This document shows positions 28,945 through 39,346 of a stretch of 64,000 nt of DNA, in pieces; within the stretch, counting starts at the first letter, position 1, and each line of letters opens with the position of its first letter. The DNA is taken from IMG/VR virus record IMGVR_UViG_3300047548_001236, positions 186,001 through 250,000 of that record; one strand, 5' to 3'. The notes beneath the pieces were generated by a model. That model did no database searches. It was not told the origin of the DNA and was given only the letters and a program-made list of their open reading frames with translations. Position numbers and translations under genes: made by a program.

Positions 28945-30686
28945 AAAGATTCAAGTCGTTTCTATTGGAATATCTGACCGATAAACAGCGTGAGCGCTAT
29001 CAGCATATTGAAATGACACCTAAAGCACGTGCCGACTCCGATCATTTCTTTGGACAAGGAAATGATGAGGTGCATGGTAGTTTACATTCGATGACCGACA
29101 AATCCGAGATCCACAGGAAGATTGAAAATCACCTCGGACAAGAAATATCACACGAAGACTATAGAGCAGGTCTTGCTAGAGACCATCTAGGTAGACAGAC
29201 GCGTATCGGACGATTGATAAAAGACGATTCGTTGAGGAACGAGTTTGCGAAGGATCCTACAAGAGAAGGATCGCGTAGCGGTCAATCGCAATATACAACA
29301 AGAACAGTTCGTGGAGTGGAAGTTGCAGGACAGACAAACTCTGTACCTGATGCACAACATCCAAAAGGCCATTCGTGGGGTAACATAAGCTGTAAGAACA
29401 ACGAGACGGGAATAAACAAACACTATCTCGAAGATGAAATCAAGCACGGTACCGTTACTCACTTTGTTAAGGATCACAACGGCCAGGAGATCTATCGTGC
29501 AACACTACAACCTCATCATAACGATGAGGGTCATGTTGCGTATGCAATTGATTCGGAATATGGTATCAAGCACCCATCATTCACCGAAGACGCAAAAAGA
29601 GTAGCAGCCAAACTGTCTAATGCTGATCATACGAATGGTCTGTTTAGAAAGCACGGTAAAGTTTACCATGATAGTGAAGATAGTTATATGCTGCATCCTA
29701 ATGTATCATCAGAACAGCTTCACAAGTATATAGCGGCTCCGTCAGACGAATATGACGATCGCAAGCTACTCGTGAAAAGATTGGCAATAATGCACCCCAA
29801 CTCTGACAGCACTCATATCCAACGAGTGCTGGATCAAAAGGATACCCATCCTGTACTTTTGAACCGAATTGCAAGCCACCCTAAAATAACAGATGAACAA
29901 ATCAGCCGTCTATTGGACAATCCGCGCAACGGTGTTCGAAGAACTGTTGCTTCTAATCCTAACATTAAAGATCATCACATACGCAAGGCGCTGGCAGATA
30001 CGGATAACACCGTTCGTGCGAACATCATGTCAAATCCATCGACACCTACCCATCATATAATTAATGGAACAAAAGACCGCAGCTCGTTGGTTAGAGCTAC
30101 TGCATATGCAAATTCGAAGCTTCCGAAAGAACACCTTATCAAAGGTTTGGACGACGAAAGTGATCAGGTAAAAGCTACTGTTGTGGGAAATCGTTCGATA
30201 TCAGGTCAACATTTGACAGATGCGTTAAGAAATCCTAGCGAGCATGTAAGAGCTGCTGTATTTGACAATCCAAATGCAACTCCAGCTCATATAGAGCTTG
30301 CAAAGAAAGACCCTCATTGGCAAGTACAAATGAGAGCAGCCTCTCATAAAAATGCCACGAGCGACCAGCTACACGATTTCATTGATCACGGTTTCAGAGA
30401 AACCCATGTTAGTGTAGCAAAGAACCCTAATGCAAATATCAGCCATCTTAATAAACTGTATGACGTTGGTAACACGGATACAAAATTTGATGTGCTCGCT
30501 CACCCCAATGTCGATTCCAACCTTATTCACAAAGTAGTGAGCAACGACGCAGAAACGGACGATATTAAATATCATGCTCTAAAGCATCCAAATGCAACAG
30601 TTGAAAACCTTAAATGGGCTTCGCGTAATTCAGCGAGTCCGTTCCTCAGAGACGCTGCCCGTAAAATACTTGGAGCTAGAACATGA
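28941..30686 (+). CDS. putative internal head protein, paralog 2
   Basis: MKRFKSFLLE; same N-domain; repeats; ATGA coupling. Confidence 0.75.
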   Translation: MKRFKSFLLEYLTDKQRERYQHIEMTPKARADSDHFFGQGNDEVHGSLHSMTDKSEIHRKIENHLGQEISHEDYRAGLARDHLGRQTRIGRLIKDDSLRNEFAKDPTREGSRSGQSQYTTRTVRGVEVAGQTNSVPDAQHPKGHSWGNISCKNNETGINKHYLEDEIKHGTVTHFVKDHNGQEIYRATLQPHHNDEGHVAYAIDSEYGIKHPSFTEDAKRVAAKLSNADHTNGLFRKHGKVYHDSEDSYMLHPNVSSEQLHKYIAAPSDEYDDRKLLVKRLAIMHPNSDSTHIQRVLDQKDTHPVLLNRIASHPKITDEQISRLLDNPRNGVRRTVASNPNIKDHHIRKALADTDNTVRANIMSNPSTPTHHIINGTKDRSSLVRATAYANSKLPKEHLIKGLDDESDQVKATVVGNRSISGQHLTDALRNPSEHVRAAVFDNPNATPAHIELAKKDPHWQVQMRAASHKNATSDQLHDFIDHGFRETHVSVAKNPNANISHLNKLYDVGNTDTKFDVLAHPNVDSNLIHKVVSNDAETDDIKYHALKHPNATVENLKWASRNSASPFLRDAARKILGART

Positions 30687-32110
30687 AACCATTCAAATCT
30701 TTCCTTCTTGAATACTTGACAGATGCACAACGTCAGCAGTATAGTCAGTATAAAATGACTGATAAAGCTCGTGCAGACACAGATCACTTTTTTGGTGTTG
30801 GCAACGATAAAGTTACTGGTGCCTTGGGTCATACTACCGATAAATCCGAGATCCATCGAAAAATTGAAAAACACCTTGGTGCTGAAATATCTCACGATGA
30901 CTACCGTGCAGGCATTACGAAAGACAAATACGGTCGTGATGTTCGTATTGGCAGGGTGATAAAAGACGATAAGCTGAAAGCAGAATACGCAAAAGACCCA
31001 ACAAGGGAAGGAGCAAAGGTTGGCTCGCAATTCACAACCTCTACCGTGAGAGGGATTGAAGTTGCCGGACAGACTAATCCTGAACCAAACGCTGAGCATC
31101 CGAAAGGACACTCGTGGAGAGATCTTAGCTGTAAGAACGTCACCTCTGGAATTCAACGTCATATATTAGCCAACGAAATCGAACGTGGGACTGTTGTCCA
31201 CTTTGTCCACGATCGTAACGGACAAGAAATTTACAGGGCTACATTGCACCCTCACCACAACCAAGAGGGCCATGTGGCTTATGCTGTCGATTCGGAATAT
31301 GGTATCAAGCACCCAGCTTTTATGAAAAGTGCTCGCGACACTGCAGAGAAACTATCAGGTGAGTTAAAGGGAAGCCCTGTTTTTGAGAAAGACCGCGAGG
31401 TTTATGATGATAGTGGCGTAAGCCATATGATCCACCCGTCTGTTAGCAGTGAAGGGTTGACAAATCATCTAAAGTCGTCAAAGTTTACTGAACGTTATGC
31501 TGTATTGAGACACAAAAACGTTACGCCTGAGCACATTGAGATGGCGGTTAACGATTCAAATAGACACGTGAGACGTGAAGTAGCAAAATCACTTTTGTTG
31601 AAGCCTGAACATATCACAAAGATTATGGATAACCCAAATGAGAATAGTAGAGTGAAGATGGAGGCTGTCCAGAATCCTAATGCAACTGCTGAACATATAT
31701 CAAAAGCATTAGACTCTGATGATCATGATGTCCGTCTTTATGCCATGAGAAATCCAAACGTTAATGCAGATCACATATCAAAAGCGTTGGACGTGGACCA
31801 ACCACATCATATTCGTCAGATGGCGTTACAACACCGAAAAGTCACGCCTTCACATATAGCAAAGGTTCTCAGCCATAACCCAAGAGTACTAGATAGAAAC
31901 ACTCTTGCTATACAAGAGCAGGCAGCCGCACATCCAAATGCATCGAAAGAAAATATTGATCAAGCGTTACAACACCGCGAGCATACCGTGAGAGAGTTAG
32001 CGATAAATAACAGAAATGCAACGGACGAGCAAATCAGCCGGGGGTTGGACGATCCTCACCCGATGGTCAGAATATCAGCTAGATATGCAAAGAAAGCAAG
32101 AGAACAATGA
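30683..32110 (+). CDS. putative internal head protein, paralog 3
   Basis: MKPFKSFLLE; same N-domain; repeats. Confidence 0.75.
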   Translation: MKPFKSFLLEYLTDAQRQQYSQYKMTDKARADTDHFFGVGNDKVTGALGHTTDKSEIHRKIEKHLGAEISHDDYRAGITKDKYGRDVRIGRVIKDDKLKAEYAKDPTREGAKVGSQFTTSTVRGIEVAGQTNPEPNAEHPKGHSWRDLSCKNVTSGIQRHILANEIERGTVVHFVHDRNGQEIYRATLHPHHNQEGHVAYAVDSEYGIKHPAFMKSARDTAEKLSGELKGSPVFEKDREVYDDSGVSHMIHPSVSSEGLTNHLKSSKFTERYAVLRHKNVTPEHIEMAVNDSNRHVRREVAKSLLLKPEHITKIMDNPNENSRVKMEAVQNPNATAEHISKALDSDDHDVRLYAMRNPNVNADHISKALDVDQPHHIRQMALQHRKVTPSHIAKVLSHNPRVLDRNTLAIQEQAAAHPNASKENIDQALQHREHTVRELAINNRNATDEQISRGLDDPHPMVRISARYAKKAREQ

Positions 32111-34311
32111 TTAGATTCAAAACATTCATTAACGAAGACGTTTTACTCGAGAACCGTATCGAGTTCCTCAAGCAACAAAACCCAACAATCGACACGACTC
32201 ACGACACCTTGGCTAAGCACAAGGACGCTGGGGCAATCATTGACCACTTTGCTAAGAAGGCGGACCCAACGCCAACCAAGGCTCATACTCAGTGGATCGT
32301 CAATCAATATAAGAAGCAGACAATCCGTCAGGAAGATGCCCCTCAAATCAAGTCAACGCTGAATGATTTTGAAACAGTGAAGCCTCGCCTAGAAAAGAAG
32401 GACCTCAACCAATACAAGGATATTGGTGAGTTGAGAGACGCTGTCGCTACTCAGAAGAGCCAAGCAGAGAAGGTCGTGAAGGCAAAGAAAACAACCGCTG
32501 CAAACAAGTCTGCTGATCTTGAAAAGATGTACGATGAAGACGGTGTGACTGGATATAAAATCCCCAATAAAGAGTCGAGCATCAGGAACTACGGTCCTGC
32601 TGGCGAGGTGAAACAGACACACTGGTGCACCGCTGCCAACTCAGGCAACAACATGTTCAACCACTATAAAGGTGGCAAGTATACCATGCACTTCCCTAAT
32701 GGAGAAGTGCTGCAATTCCACCACCAATCCAATCAAATCATGGACAAATACGATCGTCGCGTTGAAGAAGGCGATCCACGTTTTGCACCGTATGAGCACC
32801 ACATCACCAAATTCATCCACCAAACCAAGCCCCTCGAGAGCGATTCAAAGATCGATAGGTTCCACCACTATGAACCATACGAGATAGATGATGCGATTGC
32901 TGGATACAAGAAGAGGTTGAGTGATAGCAACAATGATCCTACTGCCAGTGGGGTCAGCTACCACCACACAACAAAAAATCTGACAGACATTAGCGAAAAG
33001 GCTAAGCTAAGTGACAAGCAATTCGATGCGATCCATTCTCTTCCTATTGGTAAAGATTACCTTAACCGACCAGAGGGCGTTCCACTCAGCCTGAGCAAAA
33101 ACAAAAAGCTGACACATGAGCAGGTGGGTAAGTTGCTAGGCGCCCATGACGAGAAGGTGCTTGATCATCACGAAGAGCAGCTTGCACAGAACCCTGTTGT
33201 GAAGGACGAACATATTGACGCATTGCTCAAATCACCGAGACTCAGCAAAGAAGCATTCCACTCGCTGGCCAACAATCCTAACTTGAAACAACATCACATC
33301 GACGCTCTTATCAAAGATCCAGAGACGCATGATAAGCTGGGTAGCAACCACGCGATCACTTTGACCAAGGATCATCAGGATCAGATAATAGATAGTGGCA
33401 AGTGGAAGGAAGGGTTTGCACATCGCAGTGACCTGCACCCTGATACCGTCGAGCATTTGCTGGGAAGTGGGTATGGAGCACACATCCATACGCACCTGGT
33501 CAACAACCCACATGTTGAGATGGATGATCGCCAGCTTCGTAGTTTGCATGCGCAGCACAATAGAGGCGAGTCTGCAATTTCTGGAGCCATCTTCGATTCT
33601 CCAAAGACGTCTCCAGAGACGAGAGAGCATGTGTTCAATACTCATATGGATCATCTTGAAAGAAGCGGTGGAGGTTCTAGCCCTGCTCTTGATACGATGA
33701 TCCGTTCCAAGCATTTCACAAAAGACCACCTCGATCGAGTGCTGGATGTTGCTGACAAAACAGATAAACAACCAGGTGCAACGAACACAATGAGAATATA
33801 CGCTTCGAGATATCTCAAGGCATCACCTGCTCAGCTTGATCGTCAGGTCAACGCTAGCAAGCAAGGCACCGCTCCAGTAGGTTATCTGCTTGACAATAAG
33901 AACCTGAAACCCGAACACTTGAAAACGTTGTTCAACGCTGCAGCTTCTAGCAAAACGGAGTATGAAAAGGAAAAGGTGATGGAGCATCCATCCATCAACG
34001 GGGATGTTCTCCATCACGTGTTCGATAGTGGACATAGCTGGGATAGAACACGTGTTCTACACCACCCAAAAGTTCAAATGTCTCACTTCCAAAAAGCTAT
34101 GGATGTGGGTCAATCCTTGCATGGCGCGATATCGTCTTCACCGAGTGCTCCGCCTTCGACTCTGAGTAAGCTGGCTGACTCGCCGTTCTCGTTCGTGCGT
34201 CAAAACATTGCGAGTCACAAGAACACACCTCAAGAAACCCTTGCTAACCTAGCAAACGATTCAGCCGAAGAGGTGTCGTCCATTGCTAAGAAGCGTTTGA
34301 AGTTGAAATAA
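32107..34311 (+). CDS. putative internal head protein with a different N-domain (WCT motif) + helical repeats
   Basis: MIRFKTFINE; THWCTAA...MFNHY...QFH..S.Q.MD; C-terminal repeats. Confidence 0.7.
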   Translation: MIRFKTFINEDVLLENRIEFLKQQNPTIDTTHDTLAKHKDAGAIIDHFAKKADPTPTKAHTQWIVNQYKKQTIRQEDAPQIKSTLNDFETVKPRLEKKDLNQYKDIGELRDAVATQKSQAEKVVKAKKTTAANKSADLEKMYDEDGVTGYKIPNKESSIRNYGPAGEVKQTHWCTAANSGNNMFNHYKGGKYTMHFPNGEVLQFHHQSNQIMDKYDRRVEEGDPRFAPYEHHITKFIHQTKPLESDSKIDRFHHYEPYEIDDAIAGYKKRLSDSNNDPTASGVSYHHTTKNLTDISEKAKLSDKQFDAIHSLPIGKDYLNRPEGVPLSLSKNKKLTHEQVGKLLGAHDEKVLDHHEEQLAQNPVVKDEHIDALLKSPRLSKEAFHSLANNPNLKQHHIDALIKDPETHDKLGSNHAITLTKDHQDQIIDSGKWKEGFAHRSDLHPDTVEHLLGSGYGAHIHTHLVNNPHVEMDDRQLRSLHAQHNRGESAISGAIFDSPKTSPETREHVFNTHMDHLERSGGGSSPALDTMIRSKHFTKDHLDRVLDVADKTDKQPGATNTMRIYASRYLKASPAQLDRQVNASKQGTAPVGYLLDNKNLKPEHLKTLFNAAASSKTEYEKEKVMEHPSINGDVLHHVFDSGHSWDRTRVLHHPKVQMSHFQKAMDVGQSLHGAISSSPSAPPSTLSKLADSPFSFVRQNIASHKNTPQETLANLANDSAEEVSSIAKKRLKLK

Positions 34312-34322
34312 GAGAGCCAAAC

Positions 34323-35297
34323 ATGGAATACGAACTCACATCTCAGAAGCTCGACAACAACACCCATCTAGTGAAGAACAAGCACACGAACGAGCCAGTC
34401 GCCATACTGAAAAGAACTGGCGGCTACAAGCGAAATGAAGTCAAGTCGGAATGGCACCCCGACTACAAGCTGTTGCACCCTGAGGTTCACGAAAACCTTC
34501 TGACGAGAAACTTCCACAAGCCACATGACAGCGTTTCTGATGCTGTTAGCAACATCACATACATATCGCAAGATCACGCATTTGGTAAAAACTCGCGAAT
34601 CGATCCTATCAAAACACGGTATGCCGGCGATTTTGATACCAAGACACCTTATGGCCAAGATACGAAAGGGCATAAGTGGCATGTGTTGGACGATGACGGG
34701 AAACACGTCGCTTCTATAACGTCATTCCACGGACCAAACCAAATTCACCGCGAGTCTCCTGTAAGTGTCGGTTGGGTCAAATCGTTCAACGATAGCGTTC
34801 CCGATAGTGTCAAAGAAGCGGCAAATTCAAAGCACGGAGGTCAGACTCTTTATGCGACGATGAACCGTATTCGTTACATGATGGACAACAAGGGTAAAGA
34901 GCCTCGCTTTGTCGGTACGCATGTCGACCCTGCGTCTAAGACTAAGATGTTCAAAACGAATCTACCACCAGAAGAAGCGTCGAAGGCGTATGAAGAGCAT
35001 CTAGCAAAGAGGCTAGGAAACGGCTACACGTTTACACGTCACGGACCCACGCTGTTTACAGCAGAGAAGCCAGCGCAAGGAAGGTACGATAGAACTTACC
35101 AACACCACGTTATAGCTATGCCTGGTCAGCTTCATCATATCGAGTCTTCGCTCCATCACCCAGACTACGATACAACGACCAACAAGAACAAGGAAGTTGT
35201 TGAGTCGTATATGCTGAATCCTAATAAGAGACCTTACCCGTTGACGCTCGAAGAGCATCTCAAGGCACAACGTTTCCTCCTTAAAAAGGCTAGATAA
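34323..35297 (+). CDS. His-rich late hypothetical protein
   Basis: ORF within the late operon, same composition; no N-terminal targeting motif. Confidence 0.7.
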   Translation: MEYELTSQKLDNNTHLVKNKHTNEPVAILKRTGGYKRNEVKSEWHPDYKLLHPEVHENLLTRNFHKPHDSVSDAVSNITYISQDHAFGKNSRIDPIKTRYAGDFDTKTPYGQDTKGHKWHVLDDDGKHVASITSFHGPNQIHRESPVSVGWVKSFNDSVPDSVKEAANSKHGGQTLYATMNRIRYMMDNKGKEPRFVGTHVDPASKTKMFKTNLPPEEASKAYEEHLAKRLGNGYTFTRHGPTLFTAEKPAQGRYDRTYQHHVIAMPGQLHHIESSLHHPDYDTTTNKNKEVVESYMLNPNKRPYPLTLEEHLKAQRFLLKKAR

Positions 35298-37391
35298 ATG
35301 CGCAGCTTCAAATCGTATCTGATAGAGTATATAACCGACAGCCAACGTGAACGTTACAAAAACGTCCACATGACCGACAAAGCTCGTGCCGATACCGATG
35401 AATTTTTCGGTGTCGGTAACGACAAGGTTCACGGCGAAATCGAACACGGTGAAAAGTCCGAGATACATAAGCAACTCGAGAACCATCTCGGGCGAGAGGT
35501 ATCTCATGAAGAATACAACAAGGGAACCGTGAAAGACAAACACAACCGTGATGTGAAGATCGGACGTTTGATCAAGGACAATGACCTACGTATTCAGTTT
35601 GACAAGGACCCATCTCGTCAGATTGCAAAAGCACCCACTCTGAAAACAACGACCGTTCGCGGTGTTGAGGTTGCAGGGCAGACAAACCCTGTACCCAATG
35701 CTGAACATCCTGAGGGACATTCGTGGAAGGGTTATAGCTGTAAGAACATTGAGTCAGGAATCAATAGGCGTTATCTCGAGCCAGAAATCAAGCACGGGAC
35801 TGTTGTTCACTATGTACATGATCACAACGGCCAAGAAATATATCGAGCAACGCTTCACCCGCACCATAACGAACATGGTGATGTTGCATATGGCTTGGAT
35901 GCTGAGTATGGTATCAAACACCCGAAGTTCACAGCTGATGCCCAGCGCGTCGCGAAGGAGCTCTCTGGTGAATATAAGCCAGGAACGTTCTGGAAGCACC
36001 CGGAAGTATACAACGACAACGGCAAGAGTAATATGTTCCACCCTGGCATATCCGAAGGGCATATTTCAGATATCTTAACACACGGTTCAACCAGTGACAA
36101 ACATGATATCATGATGCACCCTGCTTTCACAAGCGATCACGTGTCCAAGGTTCTGAAATACGAACCAAATGGAGCACTGAGAGGACACGCTTTATTGAGA
36201 AGCGATCTTGTGACACCAGAACACATCACGACAGCTTTGAACGATCCCGACGACCACGTTAAGCGTATGGCTCTACACAACGGGTCCAAAATTACAGCGG
36301 ATCATGTTAAACGAGCTCTTGAGCCTGACATGCCAGCGGACATTCGCCGTCATATGGCTAAAAACCGCCATGCAACACCTGAATTGCTTTCACAAGTTAT
36401 CAAGCACGATCCGAACTCGGAAGTTGTGCAAACGGCTGTAATGAACAAGAATGCTACCCCAGAACATATAACTCAGGCTTTACAACATCCTGACGTTTAC
36501 GTGAGACAAGCGGCATTGACGCGTTCTGACCTCGTCAATGACAGCCATCTGCACACCGCTGTCCGTGACTCCAGTCCTCGTATCACAACACATGCAGCTT
36601 TTCATCACAAAGCTAAACCAGAACATCTCGACTACATTATGGATCATGGACATAACAACGCACTCGAAGCTATGTTCCACCGTGAAAGCAACGCAACGTC
36701 TGAACACATTGGCAAAGCTCTTCGTAGCACCGATCCAAGATTCACGACAACTATAAAAGAGTTCGCTGCATCACATCCCAACGCATCTTCGGAAAATATC
36801 ATGGATGCGTTGAAACTAAACAACCCACGCATCACCTATGATGTGATCGATAATCACGATAATCTCAGCAAAGAGCATATGGATCACATAGTGAAGCATA
36901 CGCCTGATGATGACGATATGATATCCGCAATATCTCGTCACCCATCGTTGCGTGCCGAGCACATTACGCATCTTCTCGATAGACCGGGCATATCAAAGAA
37001 CATATTCGCAAGTCGTATATACAAACAGCTAGCCAACCACCGGAATCTCGCTCCGGAACATATGGAGAGACTGGCCAAGCACGACAACTGGAATGTTCGA
37101 AATATCATTGCCAATCGTCACGATGCTCCTGCTCATGTTCTCTCACATATCGTCAGACACGATCCAGAAGAAGCAAACAGATATGATGCTATCATGAACG
37201 ACAACACTCATCCGGACGATCTGGAGCATGCTGTCAAACATGATGAAAGCGTATTCAATAAGGAAGCTGCACTGCGCAACTTCAATACGCCGGTACATGC
37301 AATCAAGCACGTTTTGGATACATATAAGACAGGCGATCTGAGAAAACAAGCCATTAGCTCTCTGCGTCAAAGAGGAATACAAGCCGAATGA
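35298..37391 (+). CDS. putative internal head protein, paralog 4
   Basis: MRSFKSYLIE; same N-domain; longest repeat array. Confidence 0.75.
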   Translation: MRSFKSYLIEYITDSQRERYKNVHMTDKARADTDEFFGVGNDKVHGEIEHGEKSEIHKQLENHLGREVSHEEYNKGTVKDKHNRDVKIGRLIKDNDLRIQFDKDPSRQIAKAPTLKTTTVRGVEVAGQTNPVPNAEHPEGHSWKGYSCKNIESGINRRYLEPEIKHGTVVHYVHDHNGQEIYRATLHPHHNEHGDVAYGLDAEYGIKHPKFTADAQRVAKELSGEYKPGTFWKHPEVYNDNGKSNMFHPGISEGHISDILTHGSTSDKHDIMMHPAFTSDHVSKVLKYEPNGALRGHALLRSDLVTPEHITTALNDPDDHVKRMALHNGSKITADHVKRALEPDMPADIRRHMAKNRHATPELLSQVIKHDPNSEVVQTAVMNKNATPEHITQALQHPDVYVRQAALTRSDLVNDSHLHTAVRDSSPRITTHAAFHHKAKPEHLDYIMDHGHNNALEAMFHRESNATSEHIGKALRSTDPRFTTTIKEFAASHPNASSENIMDALKLNNPRITYDVIDNHDNLSKEHMDHIVKHTPDDDDMISAISRHPSLRAEHITHLLDRPGISKNIFASRIYKQLANHRNLAPEHMERLAKHDNWNVRNIIANRHDAPAHVLSHIVRHDPEEANRYDAIMNDNTHPDDLEHAVKHDESVFNKEAALRNFNTPVHAIKHVLDTYKTGDLRKQAISSLRQRGIQAE

Positions 37392-39319
37392 TAAAGTTCA
37401 AATCGTTTTTGTTGGAATATCTAACAGACAAGCAAAGGGAACGGTATAAAGACGTTCGCATGACCGATAAGGCTCGCGCTGACACGGACCATTTCTTTGG
37501 AGCTGGGAATGACAAGATACACGGCGAGATCGAGCATGACGACAAGTCAGAAATTCATCACCAGCTCGAAGCCCATCTAGGCCAGCCTATTTCTCACGAG
37601 GATTACAAAAAAGGAACGACTCTCGATCGTCACGGTCGAGAAGTGAAGATTGGCCGTCTGATTAAGGATAACGACCTTCGCAATCAGTTTGACCAAGATC
37701 CATCACGTAAGATAGCCAAAACGTCAACGCTCAAAACCACAACGGTACGTGGTACGGAAGTAGCTGGCCAGACAAATCCTGAGCCAAACGCAGAGCATCC
37801 AAACGGCCACTCGTGGCACGACATAAGCTGTAAAAACGTTGAGAATGGCATAAACAAGCATTATCTTGATAAAGAGATCCAACACGGCACCGTTGTCCAT
37901 TTTGTTCACGACCACAACGGGCAGGAAATCTACCGAGCAACATTACACCCACATCACAACGATGAGGGTCATACCATCTACTCCGTCGATGCGGAATATG
38001 GTATAAAACACCCCAACTTCACACAGGATGCTCATCGTGTCGCGAGCCAGCTTTCTGGCGAGTATAAAAGGGGAACATTTGTCAAAAACCGCAATGTGTA
38101 TAACGACAATGGAATGAGGTATGCTCTTCACCCAGCAGCACCTGGAGCTGAGGTTGATAAAGAAACCCACGAAGAACTCGCAAAACCGTACGAAAAGCAG
38201 AGTGCTGAGAAGCTGAGAGTGCTGCTAACACATCCAAATATTTCAGGCGAAACGTTGTCACACGTTCTACACACTACTCAGGAGACGCCTGCAGACGTAT
38301 GGGGTCTTGCAGCTAAACACCCAAATCTGAAAGGTGAACACCTAGAAAAAGCGTTGAACAGCACACATAGTCACACAGCGACTTCGGCTCTAAAGAATCC
38401 TAATGTTACAGCCGAACATCTGCATAAAGTGTTGGACGCTCCAGATACCAATCGTAACTGGGCTCAAAAACGAGCTGTGTTCGAATCCCCTGCTGTCAAT
38501 TCGAGCCACATTGAGAAAGCTCTCAAGACCGATCCTAGCGATGATTTGTTTCATGCTGCAGCACAACATCCTAAGACAACATCTGCGCAGTTGAACGTTG
38601 TCGCTCAGCATTACCCATACATTGCTCTCCAACACAGAAACGTCAAGCCATCCAACATCGATAAATGGTTGGATAGTGACGATGGTCGTCTACGTCAAGG
38701 AGCTGCTCTGCATAAAGCGGCTACTGATGCTAACCTCACAAAAGCTCTGTCACAGGATCCTGAAACGCGATCAGGCACTGTTTGGGCTGCTCTAGGCAAC
38801 CGTAACATAAAACCACATCACATCGAACCGTTTCTGAATCACAGTAACAGAGAACTCCGCATTGCGGCTGCTGAAAGTCCTGGAATCTCTCCTGAGCAGA
38901 TTGATAAAGTTCTTGACCACGAGAAAGATCGGCATGTTTTAAGTACATTGATCCACAGAACCAATACCAAGGTTACAGATGCACATCTACGCAAGGTTCT
39001 GAACGGTGATTATCCGATGAGAGTTAAAGAAAAGGTAGCAGAGCATCCGAACATATCTTCTGATACGATCAACAAGGCGTTGGATTTTGCTCATCAAAAC
39101 GATAATGGGAAGATGGCGCTCGACGCTCTTAGTCACGACCACGTAACCTCAGACAACCTACACCACGCGTTGAAACTCGACAATCCTCGCATCGAGAGCG
39201 ACGTCTTGTGGCATAATCAGGCTACACCAGAACACTGGGAATACGTTGCCAAGCACAGTAAAAGCCCAGGTAACGTTGCTGTTGCCGAGCGGTTCCTGGC
39301 AAACGGTAGAAGAGGATAA
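37388..39319 (+). CDS. putative internal head protein, paralog 5
   Basis: MIKFKSFLLE; same N-domain; repeats. Confidence 0.75.
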   Translation: MIKFKSFLLEYLTDKQRERYKDVRMTDKARADTDHFFGAGNDKIHGEIEHDDKSEIHHQLEAHLGQPISHEDYKKGTTLDRHGREVKIGRLIKDNDLRNQFDQDPSRKIAKTSTLKTTTVRGTEVAGQTNPEPNAEHPNGHSWHDISCKNVENGINKHYLDKEIQHGTVVHFVHDHNGQEIYRATLHPHHNDEGHTIYSVDAEYGIKHPNFTQDAHRVASQLSGEYKRGTFVKNRNVYNDNGMRYALHPAAPGAEVDKETHEELAKPYEKQSAEKLRVLLTHPNISGETLSHVLHTTQETPADVWGLAAKHPNLKGEHLEKALNSTHSHTATSALKNPNVTAEHLHKVLDAPDTNRNWAQKRAVFESPAVNSSHIEKALKTDPSDDLFHAAAQHPKTTSAQLNVVAQHYPYIALQHRNVKPSNIDKWLDSDDGRLRQGAALHKAATDANLTKALSQDPETRSGTVWAALGNRNIKPHHIEPFLNHSNRELRIAAAESPGISPEQIDKVLDHEKDRHVLSTLIHRTNTKVTDAHLRKVLNGDYPMRVKEKVAEHPNISSDTINKALDFAHQNDNGKMALDALSHDHVTSDNLHHALKLDNPRIESDVLWHNQATPEHWEYVAKHSKSPGNVAVAERFLANGRRG

Positions 39320-39320
39320 G

Positions 39321-39344
39321 AAAAAAGCCCCTTTCGGGGCTTTT
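39321..39344. terminator. bidirectional intrinsic terminator
   Basis: AAAAAAGCCCC-tttc-GGGGCTTTT between convergent genes. Confidence 0.88.
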
Positions 39345-39346
39345 CC

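Noticed and set aside
27304-39319. CRISPR array or diversity-generating retroelement explaining the repeats
   Set aside because: The repeats are coding paralogy with synonymous divergence; there is no regular spacer pattern, reverse transcriptase or adenine-specific TR/VR pair in the window
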